DNA of 64,000 nucleotides from Azolla caroliniana (taxonomy: Eukaryota; Plantae; Polypodiophyta). Below the pieces are notes generated by a model that searched no databases, had not been told where the DNA came from, and was given only the letters and a program-made list of their open reading frames with translations. Position numbers and translations under genes: made by a program. Of this stretch, positions 26,830 to 41,770 are shown piece by piece (position 1 is the stretch's first letter; each line of letters starts with the position of its first letter). The DNA lies in NCBI GenBank assembly GCA_043228905.1, contig JBHGNT010000040.1:196061-260060 (forward strand). Direction: 5' to 3'.

Positions 26830-29800
26830 AGGTATGACAATTTTAATTTACTCAAGCGATCTTCTCAACTCCCTCCTCTGATTTACCAATTTCATCATGT
26901 CTCTCGACCTGAGTTTCAAAATCTTGATTTTCTAATTCCATATAATAGCTAGTGTTGTTTGCTTCGATTCGCAGGTTTGAACACAACAATCCGATATCAC
27001 ACGAGCCAGGTACGAACCTTTTAATTTACTCACGCGCTCTTCTCAACTCCCTCCTCTAATTTACTAATTTCTTCATGTCTCTCGACCTGAGTTTCAAAAT
27101 CTTGATTTTTTAATTCCATATCATAGCTATTGTTATTAGCTTCGATTCGCATGTTTGAACACTAAAATCCGATATTACACAAACCAGGTATGACAATTTT
27201 AATTTACTCACTTGCTCTTCTCAACTCCCTCCTCTAATTTACTAATTTCTTCATGTCTCTCGACCTGAGTTTCAAAATCTTGATTTTTTAATTCCATATC
27301 ATAGCTAGTGTTATTAGCTGCGATTCGCATGATTGGAACACTAAAATCGGATATCACACGAGCCAGTTATGAACATTTTAATTTACTCACAAGCTCTTCT
27401 CAACTCCCTCCTCTAATTTGGTAATTTCTTCATGTCTCTCGACCTGAGTTTCAAAATCTTGATTTTTTAATTCCATATCATAGCTAGTGTTGTTAGCTTC
27501 GATTCGCATGTTTGAACACAAAAATCGGATATCACACGAGCCAGGTATGACAATTTTAATTTACTCACGCGATCTTCTCAACTCCCTCCTCTGATTTACT
27601 AATTTCCTCATGTCTCTCGACCTGAGTTTCAAAATCTTGATTTTTTAATTCCATATCATAGCTATTGTTGTTAGCTTCGATTCGCATGTTTGAAAACAAA
27701 AATCGGATATCACACGAGCCAGGTATGACAATTTTAATTTACTCACGCGCTCTTCTCAACTCCCTCCTCTGATTTGCTAATGTCCTCATGTCTCTCGACC
27801 TGAGTTTCAAAATATTGATTTTCTAATTCCATATCATAGCTAGTGTTGTTAGCTTCGATTCGCATGTTTGAACACAAAAATCGGATATCACACGAGCCAG
27901 GTATGACAATTTTAATTTACTCACGCGATCTTCTCAACTCCCTCCTCTGATTTACTAATTTTCTCATGTCTCTCGACCTGAGTTTCAAAATCTTGATCTT
28001 TTAATTCCATATCATAGCTAGTGTTGTTAGCTTCGATTCGAAGGTTTGAACACAACAATCCGATATCACACGAGCCAGGTACGAACATTTTAATTTACTC
28101 ACGCGCTGTTCTCAACTCCGTCCTCTGATTTACTAATTTCATCATGTCTCTCGAGTTGAGTTTTAAAATCATGATTTCCTAATTTCATATCATAGCTAGT
28201 GTTGTTAGCTTCGATTCGCATGTTTGAACACAAAAATCGGATATCACACGAGCCAGGTATGACAATTTTAATTCACTCAAGCGATCTTCTCAACTCCCTC
28301 CTCTGATTTACTAATTTCATCATGTCTCTCGACCTGAGTTTCAAAATCTTGATTTTCTAATTTCATATAATAGCTAGTGTTGTTTGCTTCGATTCGCAGG
28401 TTTGAACACAACAATCCGATATCACACGAGCCAGGTATGAACCTTTTAATTTACTCACGCGCTCTTCTCAACTCCCTCCTCTAATTTACTAATTTCTTCA
28501 TGTCTCTCGACCTGAGTTTCAAAATCTTGATTTTTTAATTCCATATCATAGCTATTGTTATTAGCTTCGATTCGCATGTTTGAACACTAAAATCCGATAT
28601 TACACAAACCAGGTATGACAATTTTAATTTACTCACTTGCTCTTCTCAACTCCCTCCTCTAATTTACTAATTTCTTCATGTCTCTCGACCTGAGTTTCAA
28701 AACCTTGATTTTTTAATTCCATATCATAGCTAGTGTTATTAGCTGCGATTCGCATGATTGGAACACTAAAATCGGATATCACACGAGCCAGTTATGAACA
28801 TTTTAATTTACTCACGCGCTCTTCTCAACTCCCTCCTCTAATTTGCTAATTTCTTCATGTCTCTCGACCTGAGTTTCAAAATCTTGATTTTTTAATTCCA
28901 TATCATAGCTAGTGTTGTTAGCTTCGATTCGCATGTTTGAACACTAAAATCCGATATTACACAAACCAGGTATGACAATTTTAATTTACTCACTTGCTCT
29001 TCTCAACTCCCTCCTCTAATTTACTAATTTCTTCATGTCTCTCGACCTGAGTTTCAAAACCTTGATTTTTTAATTCCATATCATAGCTAGTGTTATTAGC
29101 TGCGATTCGCATGATTGGAACACTAAAATCGGATATCACACGAGCCAGTTATGAACATTTTAATTTACTCACGCGCTCTTCTCAACTCCCTCCTCTAATT
29201 TGCTAATTTCTTCATGTCTCTCGACCTGAGTTTCAAAATCTTGATTTTTTAATTCCATATCATAGCTAGTGTTGTTAGCTTCGATTCGCATGTTTGAACA
29301 CAAAAATCGGATATCACAAGAGCCAGGTATGACAATTTTAATTTACTCACGCGATCTTCTCAACTCCCTCCTCTGATTTACTAATTTCCTCATGTCTCTC
29401 GAGCTGAGTTTCAAAATCTTGATTTTCTAATTCCATATCATAGCTAGTGTTGTTAGCTTCGATTCGCATGTTTGAACACAAAAATCGGATATCACACGAG
29501 CCAGGTATGACAATTTTAATTTACTCACGCGATCTTCTCAACTCCCTCCTCTGATTTACTAATTTTCTCATGTCTCTCGACCTGAGTTTCAAAATCTTGA
29601 TCTTTTAATTCCATATCATAGCTAGTGTTGTTAGCTTCGATTCGAAGGTTTGAACACAACAATCCGATATCACACGAGCCAGGTACGAACATTTTAATTT
29701 ACTCACGCGCTGTTCTCAACTCCGTCCTCTGATTTACTAATTTCATCATGTCTCTCGAGTTGAGTTTTAAAATCATGATTTCCTAATTTCATATCATAGC

Positions 29801-31960
29801 TAGTGTTGTTAGCTTCGATTCGCATGTTTGAACACAAAAATCGGATATCACACGAGCCAGGTATGACAATTTTAATTCACTCAAGCGATCTTCTCAACTC
29901 CCTCCTCTGATTTACTAATTTCATCATGTCTCTCGACCTGAGTTTCAAAATCTTGATTTTCTAATTCCATATAATAGCTAGTGTTGTTTGCTTCGATTCG
30001 CAGGTTTGAACACAACAATCCGATATCACACGAGCCAGGTACGAACCTTTTAATTTACTCACGCGCTCTTCTCAACTCCCTCCTCTAATTTACTAATTTC
30101 TTCATGTCTCTCGACCTGAGTTTCAAAATCTTGATTTTTTAATTCCATATCATAGCTATTGTTATTAGCTTCGATTCGCATGTTTGAACACTAAAATCCG
30201 ATATTACACAAACCAGGTATGACAATTTTAATTTACTCACTTGCTCTTCTCAACTCCCTCCTCTAATTTACTAATTTCTTCATGTCTCTCGACCTGAGTT
30301 TCAAAATCTTGATTTTTTAATTCCATATCATAGCTAGTGTTATTAGCTGCGATTCGCATGATTGGAACACTAAAATCGGATATCACACGAGCCAGTTATG
30401 AACATTTTAATTTACTCACAAGCTCTTCTCAACTCCCTCCTCTAATTTGGTAATTTCTTCATGTCTCTCGACCTGAGTTTCAAAATCTTGATTTTTTAAT
30501 TCCATATCATAGCTAGTGTTGTTAGCTTCGATTCGCATGTTTGAACACAAAAATCGGATATCACACGAGCCAGGTATGACAATTTTAATTTACTCACGCG
30601 ATCTTCTCAACTCCCTCCTCTGATTTACTAATTTCCTCATGTCTCTCGACCTGAGTTTCAAAATCTTGATTTTTTAATTCCATATCATAGCTATTGTTGT
30701 TAGCTTCGATTCGCATGTTTGAAAACAAAAATCGGATATCACACGAGCCAGGTATGACAATTTTAATTTACTCACGCGCTCTTCTCAACTCCCTCCTCTG
30801 ATTTGCTAATGTCCTCATGTCTCTCGACCTGAGTTTCAAAATATTGATTTTCTAATTCCATATCATAGCTAGTGTTGTTAGCTTCGATTCGCATGTTTGA
30901 ACACAAAAATCGGATATCACACGAGCCAGGTATGACAATTTTAATTTACTCACGCGATCTTCTCAACTCCCTCCTCTGATTTACTAATTTTCTCATGTCT
31001 CTCGACCTGAGTTTCAAAATCTTGATCTTTTAATTCCATATCATAGCTAGTGTTGTTAGCTTCGATTCGAAGGTTTGAACACAACAATCCGATATCACAC
31101 GAGCCAGGTACGAACATTTTAATTTACTCACGCGCTGTTCTCAACTCCGTCCTCTGATTTACTAATTTCATCATGTCTCTCGAGTTGAGTTTTAAAATCA
31201 TGATTTCCTAATTTCATATCATAGCTAGTGTTGTTAGCTTCGATTCGCATGTTTGAACACAAAAATCGGATATCACACGAGCCAGGTATGACAATTTTAA
31301 TTCACTCAAGCGATCTTCTCAACTCCCTCCTCTGATTTACTAATTTCATCATGTCTCTCGACCTGAGTTTCAAAATCTTGATTTTCTAATTTCATATAAT
31401 AGCTAGTGTTGTTTGCTTCGATTCGCAGGTTTGAACACAACAATCCGATATCACACGAGCCAGGTATGAACCTTTTAATTTACTCACGCGCTCTTCTCAA
31501 CTCCCTCCTCTAATTTACTAATTTCTTCATGTCTCTCGACCTGAGTTTCAAAATCTTGATTTTTTAATTCCATATCATAGCTATTGTTATTAGCTTCGAT
31601 TCGCATGTTTGAACACTAAAATCCGATATTACACAAACCAGGTATGACAATTTTAATTTACTCACTTGCTCTTCTCAACTCCCTCCTCTAATTTACTAAT
31701 TTCTTCATGTCTCTCGACCTGAGTTTCAAAACCTTGATTTTTTAATTCCATATCATAGCTAGTGTTATTAGCTGCGATTCGCATGATTGGAACACTAAAA
31801 TCGGATATCACACGAGCCAGTTATGAACATTTTAATTTACTCACGCGCTCTTCTCAACTCCCTCCTCTAATTTGCTAATTTCTTCATGTCTCTCGACCTG
31901 AGTTTCAAAATCTTGATTTTTTAATTCCATATCATAGCTAGTGTTGTTAGCTTCGATTCG
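26830..31960 (+). repeat. 17-monomer (3,029-bp) duplication built from related 9-mer and 8-mer subunits
   Basis: gaaaacaaaa 27692/30721 and aatattgatt 27811/30840 (offset 3029); tcttgatctt at 27991, 29595 and 31020 (steps 1604 and 1425). Confidence 0.82.
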
Positions 31961-33669
31961 CATGTTTGAACACAAAAATCGGATATCACAAGAGCCAGGT
32001 ATGACAATTTTAATTTACTCACGCGATCTTCTCAACTCCCTCCTCTGATTTACTAATTTCCTCATGTCTCTCGAGCTGAGTTTCAAAATCTTGATTTTCT
32101 AATTCCATATCATAGCTAGTGTTGTTAGCTTCGATTCGCAGGTTTGAACACAACAATCCGATATCACACGAGCCAGGTACGAACATTTTAATTTACTCAC
32201 GCGCTCTTCTCAACTCCGTCCTCTGATTTACTAATTTCATCATGTCTCTCGAGTTGAGTTTTAAAATCATGATTTTCTAATTCCATATCATAGCTAGTGT
32301 TGTTAGCTTCGATTCGCATGTTTGAACACAAAAATCGGATATCACACGAGCCATGTATGACAATTTTAATTTACTCAAGCGATCTTCTCAACTCCTTCCT
32401 CTGATTTACCAATTTCATCATGTCTCTCGACCTGAGTTTCAAAATCTTGATTTTCTAATTCCATATAATAGCTAGTGTTGTTTGCTTCGATTCGCAGGTT
32501 TGAACACAACAATCCGATATCACACGAGCCAGGTACGAACCTTTTAATTTACTCACGCGCTCTTCTCAACTCCCTCCTCTAATTTACTAATTTCTTCATG
32601 TCTCTCGACCTGAGTTTCAAAATCTTGATTTTTTAATTCCATATCATAGCTATTGTTATTAGCTTCGATTCGCATGTTTGAACACTAAAATCCGATATTA
32701 CACAAACCAGGTATGACAATTTTAATTTACTCACTTGCTCTTCTCAACTCCCTCCTCTAATTTACTAATTTCTTCATGTCTCTCGACCTGAGTTTCAAAA
32801 TCTTATTTTTTTAATTCCATATCATAGCTAGTGTTATTAGCTGCGATTCGCATGATAGGAACACTAAAATCGGATATCACACGAGCCAGGTATGACAATT
32901 TTAATTTACTCACTTGCTCTTCTCCACTCCCTCCTCTAATTTACTAATTTCTTCATGTCTCTCGACCTGAGTTTCAAAATCTTGATTTTTTAATTCCATA
33001 TCATAGCTAGTGTTATTAGCTGCGATTCGCATGATTGGAACCCTAAAATCGGATATCACACAAGCCAGGTATGACAATTTTAATTTACTCACGCGCTCTT
33101 CTCAACTCCCTCCTCTAATTTACTAATTTGTTCATGTCTCTGGACTTGAGTTTCAAAATCTTGATTTTTTAATTCCATATCATAGCTAGTGTTGTTAGCT
33201 TCGATTCGCATGTTTGAACACAAAAATCAGATATCACACGAGCCAGGTATGACAATTTTAATTTACTCACGCGATCTTCTCAACTCCCTCCTCTGATTTA
33301 CTAATTTCCTCATGTCTCTCGACCTGAGTTTCAAAATCTTGATTTTTTAATTCCATATCATAGCTAGTGTTGTTAGCTTCGATTCGCATGTTTGAAAACA
33401 AAAATCGGATATCACACGAGCCAGGTATGAAAATTTTAATTTACTCACGCGCTCTTCTCAACTCCCTCCTCTGATTTGCTAATGTCCTCATGTCTCTCGA
33501 CCTGAGTTTCAAAATATTTATTTTCTAATTCCATATCATAGCTAGTGTTGTTAGCTTCGATTCGCATGTTTGAACACAAAAATCGGATATCACACGAGCC
33601 AGGTATGACAATTTTAATTTACTCACGCGATCTTCTCAACTCCCTCCTGTGATTTACTAATTTTCTCAT

Positions 33670-35390
33670 GTCTCTCGACCTGAGTTTCAAAATCTTGATT
33701 TTCTAATTCCATATCATAGCTAGTGTTGTTAGCTTCAATTCGCAGGTTTCAACACAACAATCCGATATCACACGAGCCAGGTACGAACATTTTAATTTAC
33801 TCACGCGCTCTTCTCAACTCCCTCCTCTGATTTACTAATTTCATCATGTCTCTCGAGTTGAGTTTTAAAATCATGATTTTCTAATTCCATATCATAGCTA
33901 GTGTTGTTAGCTTCGATTCGCATGTTTGAACACAAAAATCGGATATCACACGAGCCAGGTATGACAATTTTAATTTACTCAAGCGATCTTCTCAACTCCC
34001 TCCTCTGATTTACTAATTTCCTCATGTCTCTCGACCTGAGTTTCAAAATCTTGATTTTCTAATTCCATATCATAGCTAGTGTTGTTAGCTTCGATTCGCA
34101 GGGTTGAACACAACAATCCGATATCACACGAGCCAGGTATGAACATTTTAATTTACTCACGCGCTCTTCTCAACTCCCTCCTCTAATTTACTAATTTCTT
34201 CATGTCTCTCGACCTGAGTTTCAAAATCTTATTTTTTTAATTCCATATCATAGCTAGTGTTGTTAGCTGCGATTCGCATGATTGGAACACTAAAATCGGA
34301 TATCACACGAGCCAGTTATGAACATTTTAATTTACTCACGCGCTCTTCTCAACTCCCTGCTCTACTTTGCTAATTTCTTCATGTCTCTCGACCTGAGTTT
34401 CAAAATCTTGATTTTTTAATTCTATATCATAGCTAGTGTTGTTAGCTTCGATTCGCATGTTTGAACACAAAAATCTGATATCACACGAGCCAGGTATGAA
34501 AACTTTAATTTACGCACGCGCTCTTCTCAACTCCCTCCTCTAATTTACTAATTTCTTCATGTCTCTCGACCTGAGTTTCAAAATCTTGATTTTCTAATTC
34601 CATATCATAGCTAGTGTTGTTAGCTTCTATTCGCAGGTTTCAACACAACAATCCGATATCACACGAGCCAGGTACGAACATTTTAATTTACTCACGCGCA
34701 CTTCTCAACTCCCTCCTCTGATTTACTAATTTCATCATGTCTCTCGAGTTGAGTTTTAAAATCATGATTTTCTAATTCCATATCATAGCTAGTGTTGTTA
34801 GCTTCGATTCGCATGTTTGAACACAAAAATCGGATATCACACGAGCCAGGTATGACAATTTTAATTTACTCAAGCGATCTTCTCAACTCCCTCCTCTGAT
34901 TTACTAATTTCCTCATGTCTCTCGACCTGAGTTTCAAAATCTTGATTTTCTAATTCCATATCATAGCTAGTGTTGTTAGCTTCGATTCGCAGGGTTGAAC
35001 ACAACAATCCGATATCACACGAGCCAGGTATGAACATTTTAATTTACTCACGCGCTCTTCTCAACTCCCTCCTCTAATTTACTAATTTCTTCATGTCTCT
35101 CGACCTGAGTTTCAAAATCTTATTTTTTTAATTCCATATCATAGCTAGTGTTGTTAGCTGCGATTCGCATGATTGGAGCACTAAAATCGGATATCACACG
35201 AGCCAGTTATGAACATTTTAATTTACTCACGCGCTCTTCTCAACTCCCTGCTCTACTTTGCTAATTTCTTCATGTCTCTCGACCTGAGTTTCAAAATCTT
35301 GATTTTTTAATTCCATATCATAGCTAGTGTTGTTAGCTTCGATTCGCATGTTTGAACACAAAAATCGGATATCACACGAGCCAGGTATGA
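33670..35390 (+). repeat. 5-monomer (891-bp) tandem duplication
   Basis: ggtttcaacac 33745/34636, gggttgaac 34101/34992, aactccctgc 34351/35242. Confidence 0.85.
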
Positions 35391-38224
35391 CAATTTTAAT
35401 TTACTCACGCGATCTTCTCAACTCCCTCCTCTGATTTACTAATTTCCTCATGTCTCTTGACCTGAGTTTCAAAATCTTGATTTTCTAATTCCATATCATA
35501 GCTAGTGTTGTTAGCTTCGATTCGCAGGTTTGAACACAACAATCTTATATCACACGAGCCAGGTACGAACATTTTAATTTACTCACGCGCTCTTCTCAAC
35601 TCCCTCCTCTGATTTACTAATTTCTTCATGTCTCTCGACCTGAGTTTTAAAATCATGATTTTCTAATTCCATATCATAGCTAGTGTTGTTAGCTTCGATT
35701 CGCATGTTTGAACACTAAAATCCGATATTACACAAACAAGGTATGACAATTTTAATTTACTCACTTGCTCTTCTCAACTCCCTCCTCTAATTTACTAATT
35801 TCTTCATGTCTCTCGACCTGAGTTTCAAAATCTTGATTTTTTAATTCCATATCATAGCTATTGTTATTAGCTTCGATTCACATGTTTGAACACTAAAATC
35901 CGATATTACACAAACAAGGTATGACAATTTTAATTTACTCACTTGCTCTTCTCCACTCCCTCCTCTAATTTACTAATTTCTTCATGTCTCTCGACCTGAG
36001 TTTCAAAATCTTGATTTTTTAATTCCATTTTATAGCTAGTGTTATTAGCTTCGATTCGCATGATTGGAACACTAAAATCGGATATCACACGAGCCAGTTA
36101 TGAACATTTTAATTTACTCACGCGCTCTTCTCAACTCCCTCCTCTAATTTACTAATTTCTTCATGTCTCTCGACCTCAGTTTCAAAATCTTGATTTTTTA
36201 ATTCCATATCATAGCTAGTGTTATTAGCTGCGATTCGCATGATTGGAACACTAAAATCGGATATCACACGAGCCAGTTATGAACATTTTAATTTACTCAC
36301 GCGCTCTTCTCAACTCCCTCCTCTAATTTGCTAATTTCTTCATGTCTCTCGACCTGAGTTTCAAAATCTTGATTTTTTAATTCCATATCATAGCTAGTGT
36401 TGTTAGCTTCGATTCGCATGTTTGAACACAAAAATCGGATATCACACGAGCCAGGTATGACAACTTTAATTTACTCACGCGCTCTTCTCAACTCCCTCCT
36501 CTAATTTACTAATTTCTTCATGTCTCTCGACCTGAGTTTCAAAATCTTGATTTTCTAATTCCATATCATAGCTAGTGTTGTTAGCTTCGATTCGCAGGTT
36601 TGAACACAACAATCCGATATTACACGAGCCAGGTACGAACATTTTAATTTACTCACGCGCTCTTCTCAACTCCCTCCTCTGATTTACTAATTTCATCATG
36701 TCTCTCGAGTTGAGTTTTAAAATCATGATTTTCTAATTCCATATCATAGCTAGTGTTGTTAGCTTCGATACGCATGTTTGAACACAAAAATCGGACATCA
36801 CACGAGCCAGGTATGACAACTTTAATTTACTCACGCGCTCTTCTCAACTCCCTCCTCTAATTTACTAATTTCTTCATGTCTCTCGACCTGAGTTTCAAAA
36901 ACTTGATTTATTAATTCCATATCATAGCTAGTGTTGTTAGCTTCGATTCACAGGTTTGAACACAACAATGCGATATCACACGAGCCAGGTACGAACATTT
37001 TAATTTACTCATGCGCTCTTCTCAACTCCCTCCTCTGATTTACTAATTTCATCATGTCTCTCGAGTTGAGTTTTAAAATCATGATTTTCTAATTCCATAT
37101 CATAGCTAGTGTTGTTAGCTTCGATTCGCATGTTTGAACACAAAAATCGGATATCACACGAGCCAGGTATGACAATTTTAATTTACTCAAGCGATCTTCT
37201 CAACTCCCTCCTCTGATTTACTAATTTCCTCATGTCTCTCGACCTGAGTTTCAAAATCTTGATTTTCTAATTCCATATCATAGCTAGTGTTGTTAGCTTC
37301 CATTCGCATGTTTGAACACAAAAATCGGATATCACACGAGCCAGGTAGGACAATTTTAATTTACTCAAGCGATCTTCTCAACTCCCTCCTCTGATTTACT
37401 AATTTCATCATGTCTCTCGACCTGAGTTTCAAAATCTTGATTTTCTAATTCCATATAATAGCTAGTGTTGTTTGCTTCGATTCGCAGGTTTGAACACAAC
37501 AATCCGATATCACACGAGCCAGGTATGAACATTTTAATTTACTCACGCGCTCTTCTCAACTCCCTCCTCTAATTTACTAATTTCTTCATGTCTCTCGACC
37601 TGAGTTTCAAAATCTTGTTTTTTTAATTCCATATCATAGCTAGTGTTGTTAGCTGCGATTCGCATGATTGGAACACTAAAATCGGATATGACACGAGCCA
37701 GTTATGAACATTTTAATTTACTCACGCGCTCTTCTCAACTCCCTCCTCTACTTTGCTAATTTCTTCATGTCTCTCGACCTGAGTTTCAAAATCTTGATTT
37801 TTTAATTCCATATCATAGCTAGTGTTGTTAGCTTCGATTCGCATGTTTGAACACAAAAAACGGATATCACACGAGCCAGGTATGACAATTTTAATTTACT
37901 CACACGATCTTCTCAACTCCCTCCCCTGATTTACTAATTTTCTCATGTCTCTTGACCTGAGTTTCAAAATCTTGATTTTCTAATTCCATATCATAGCTAG
38001 TGTTGTTAGCTTCGATTCGCAGGTTTGAACACAACAATCCGATATCACACGAGCCAGGTACGAACATTTTAATTTACTCACGCGCTCTTCTCAACTCCCT
38101 CCTCTGATTTACTAATTTAATCATGTCTCTCGACCTGAGTTTTAAAATCATGATTTTCTAATTCCATATCATAGCTAGTGTTGTTAGCTTCGATTCGCAT
38201 GTTTGAACACTAAAATCCGATATC

Positions 38225-41200
38225 ACACGAGCTAGGTATGACAACTTTAATTTCCTCACGCGCTGTTCTCAACTCCCTCCTCTAATTTACTAATTTCTTC
38301 ATGTCTCTCGACCTGAGTTTCAAAATCTTGATTTTGTAATTCCATATCATAGCTATTGTTATTAGCTTCAATTCGCATGTTTGAACACTAAAATCCGATA
38401 TTACACAAACCAGGTATGACAATTTTAATTTACTCACTTGCTCTTCTCCACTCCCTCCTCTAATCTACTAATTTCTTCATGTCTCTCGACCTGAGTTTCA
38501 AAATCTTGATTTTTTAATTCCATATCATAGCTAGTGTTATTAGCTCCGATTCGCATGATTGGAAAACTAAAATCGCATATCACACGAGCCAGGTATGACA
38601 ACTTTAATTTACTCACGCGCTCTTCTCAACTCCCTCCTCTAATTTACTAATTTCTTCATGTCTCTCGACCTGAGTTTCAAAATCTTGATTTTTTGATTCC
38701 ATATCATAGCTAGTGTTATTAGCTTCGATTCGCATGATTGGAACACTAAAATCGGATATCACACGAGCCAGTCATGAACATTTTAATTTACTCACACGCT
38801 CTTCTCAACTTCCTCCTCTAATTTACTAATTTCTTCATGTGTCTCGACCTGAGTTTCAAAATCTTGATTTTTTAATTCCATATCATAGCTAGTGTTATTA
38901 GCTTCGATTCGCATGATTGGAACACTAAAATCGGATATCACACGAGCCAGTCATGAACATTTTAATTTACTCACACGCTCTTCTCAACTCCCTCCTCTAA
39001 TTTACTAATTTTTTCATGTCTCCCGACCTAAGTTTAAAAATCTTGATTTTTTAATTCCATTTTATAGCTAGTGTTGTTAGCTTCGATTCGCATGTTTGAA
39101 CACTAAAATCCGATATCACACGACCCAGGTATGACAACTTTAATTTACTCACGCGCTCTTCTCAACTCCCTCCTCTAATTTACTAATTTCTTCATGTCTC
39201 TCGACCTGAGTTTCAAAATCTTGATTTTTTAATTCCATATCATAGCTATTGTTATTAGCTTCGATTCACATGTTTGAACACTAAAATCCGATATTACACA
39301 AACAAGGTATGACAATTTTAATTTACTCACTTGCTCTTCTCAACTCCCTCCTCTAATTTACTAATTTCTTCAGGTCTCTCGACCTGAGTTTCAAAATCTT
39401 GATTTTTTAATTCCATATCATAGCTAGTGTTAGTAGCTGCGATTCGCATGATTGGAACACTAAAATCGGATATCACACGAGCCAGTTATGAACATTTTAA
39501 TTTACTCACGGGCTCTTCTCAACTCCCTCGTCTAATTTGCTAATTTCTTCATGTCTCTCGACCTGAGTTTCAAAATCTTGATTTTTTAATTCCATATCAT
39601 AGCTAGTGTTGTTAGCTTCGATTCGCATGTTTGAACACAAAAATCGGATATCACACGAGCCAGGTATGACAATTTTAATTTACTCACGCGATCTTCTCAA
39701 CTCCCTCCTCTGATTTACTAATTTCCTCATGTCTCTCGACCTGAGTTTCAAAATCTTGATTTTCTAATTCCATATCATAGCTAGTGTTGTTAGCTTCGAT
39801 TCGCAGGTTTGAACACAACAATCCGATATCACACGAGCCAGGTACGAACATTTTAATTTACTCACGCGCTCTTCTCAACTCTCTCCTCTGATTTACTAAT
39901 TTCATCATGTCTCTCGAGTTGAGTTTTAAAATCATGATTTTCTAATTCCATATCATAGCTAGTGTTGTTAGCTTCGATTCTCATGTTTGAACACAAAAAT
40001 CGGATATCACACGAGCTAGGTATGACAACTTTAATTTCCTCACGCGCTGTTCTCAACTCCCTCCTCTAATTTACTAATTTCTTCATGTCTCTCGACCTGA
40101 GTTTCATTTCTAATTCCATATAATAGCTATTGTTATTAGCTTCAATTCGCATGTTTGAACACTAAAATCCGATATTACACAAACCAGGTATGACAATTTT
40201 AATTTACTCACTTGCTCTTCTCCACTCCCTCCTCTAATCTACTAATTTCTTCATGTCTCTCGACCTGAGTTTCAAAATCTTGATTTTTTAATTCCATATC
40301 ATAGCTAGTGTTATTAGCTCCGATTCGCATGATTGGAAAACTAAAATCGCATATCACACGAGCCAGGTATGACAACTTTAATTTACTCACGCGCTCTTCT
40401 CAACTCCCTCCTCTAATTTACTAATTTCTTCATGTCTCTCGACCTGAGTTTCAAAATCTTGATTTTTTGATTCCATATCATAGCTAGTGTTATTAGCTTC
40501 GATTCGCATGATTGGAACACTAAAATCGGATATCACACGAGCCAGTCATGAACATTTTAATTTACTCACACGCTCTTCTCAACTTCCTCCTCTAATTTAC
40601 TAATTTCTTCATGTGTCTCGACCTGAGTTTCAAAATCTTGATTTTTTAATTCCATATCATAGCTAGTGTTATTAGCTTCGATTCGCATGATTGGAACACT
40701 AAAATCGGATATCACACGAGCCAGTCATGAACATTTTAATTTACTCACACGCTCTTCTCAACTCCCTCCTCTAATTTACTAATTTTTTCATGTCTCCCGA
40801 CCTAAGTTTAAAAATCTTGATTTTTTAATTCCATTTTATAGCTAGTGTTGTTAGCTTCGATTCGCATGTTTGAACACTAAAATCCGATATCACACGACCC
40901 AGGTATGACAACTTTAATTTACTCACGCGCTCTTCTCAACTCCCTCCTCTAATTTACTAATTTCTTCATGTCTCTCGACCTGAGTTTCAAAATCTTGATT
41001 TTTTAATTCCATATCATAGCTATTGTTATTAGCTTCGATTCACATGTTTGAACACTAAAATCCGATATTACACAAACAAGGTATGACAATTTTAATTTAC
41101 TCACTTGCTCTTCTCAACTCCCTCCTCTAATTTACTAATTTCTTCAGGTCTCTCGACCTGAGTTTCAAAATCTTGATTTTTTAATTCCATATCATAGCTA

Positions 41201-41770
41201 GTGTTAGTAGCTGCGATTCGCATGATTGGAACACTAAAATCGGATATCACACGAGCCAGTTATGAACATTTTAATTTACTCACGGGCTCTTCTCAACTCC
41301 CTCGTCTAATTTGCTAATTTCTTCATGTCTCTCGACCTGAGTTTCAAAATCTTGATTTTTTAATTCCATATCATAGCTAGTGTTGTTAGCTTCGATTCGC
41401 ATGTTTGAACACAAAAATCGGATATCACACGAGCCAGGTATGACAATTTTAATTTACTCACGCGATCTTCTCAACTCCCTCCTCTGATTTACTAATTTCC
41501 TCATGTCTCTCGACCTGAGTTTCAAAATCTTGATTTTCTAATTCCATATCATAGCTAGTGTTGTTAGCTTCGATTCGCAGGTTTGAACACAACAATCCGA
41601 TATCACACGAGCCAGGTACGAACATTTTAATTTACTCACGCGCTCTTCTCAACTCTCTCCTCTGATTTACTAATTTCATCATGTCTCTCGAGTTGAGTTT
41701 TAAAATCATGATTTTCTAATTCCATATCATAGCTAGTGTTGTTAGCTTCGATTCTCATGTTTGAACACAA
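38225..41770 (+). repeat. 10-monomer (1,784-bp) tandem duplication; further copies of the block at about 43.55-45.3 kb and partially at about 49.6-50.1 kb
   Basis: acgagctagg at 38227/40011 (offset 1784, becoming 1774 after the 10-bp deletion). Shared variants ggaaaactaaaatcgcat, ccagtcatg, gtctcccgacctaagtttaaa and gttagtagc; ORF-track repeats at 38434, 40208, 43772 and 49830. Confidence 0.87.
40101..40115 (+). other. 10-bp deletion within a monomer
   Basis: gtttcatttctaatt replaces gtttcaaaatcttgattttctaatt; junction at about 40106/40107. Confidence 0.9.
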
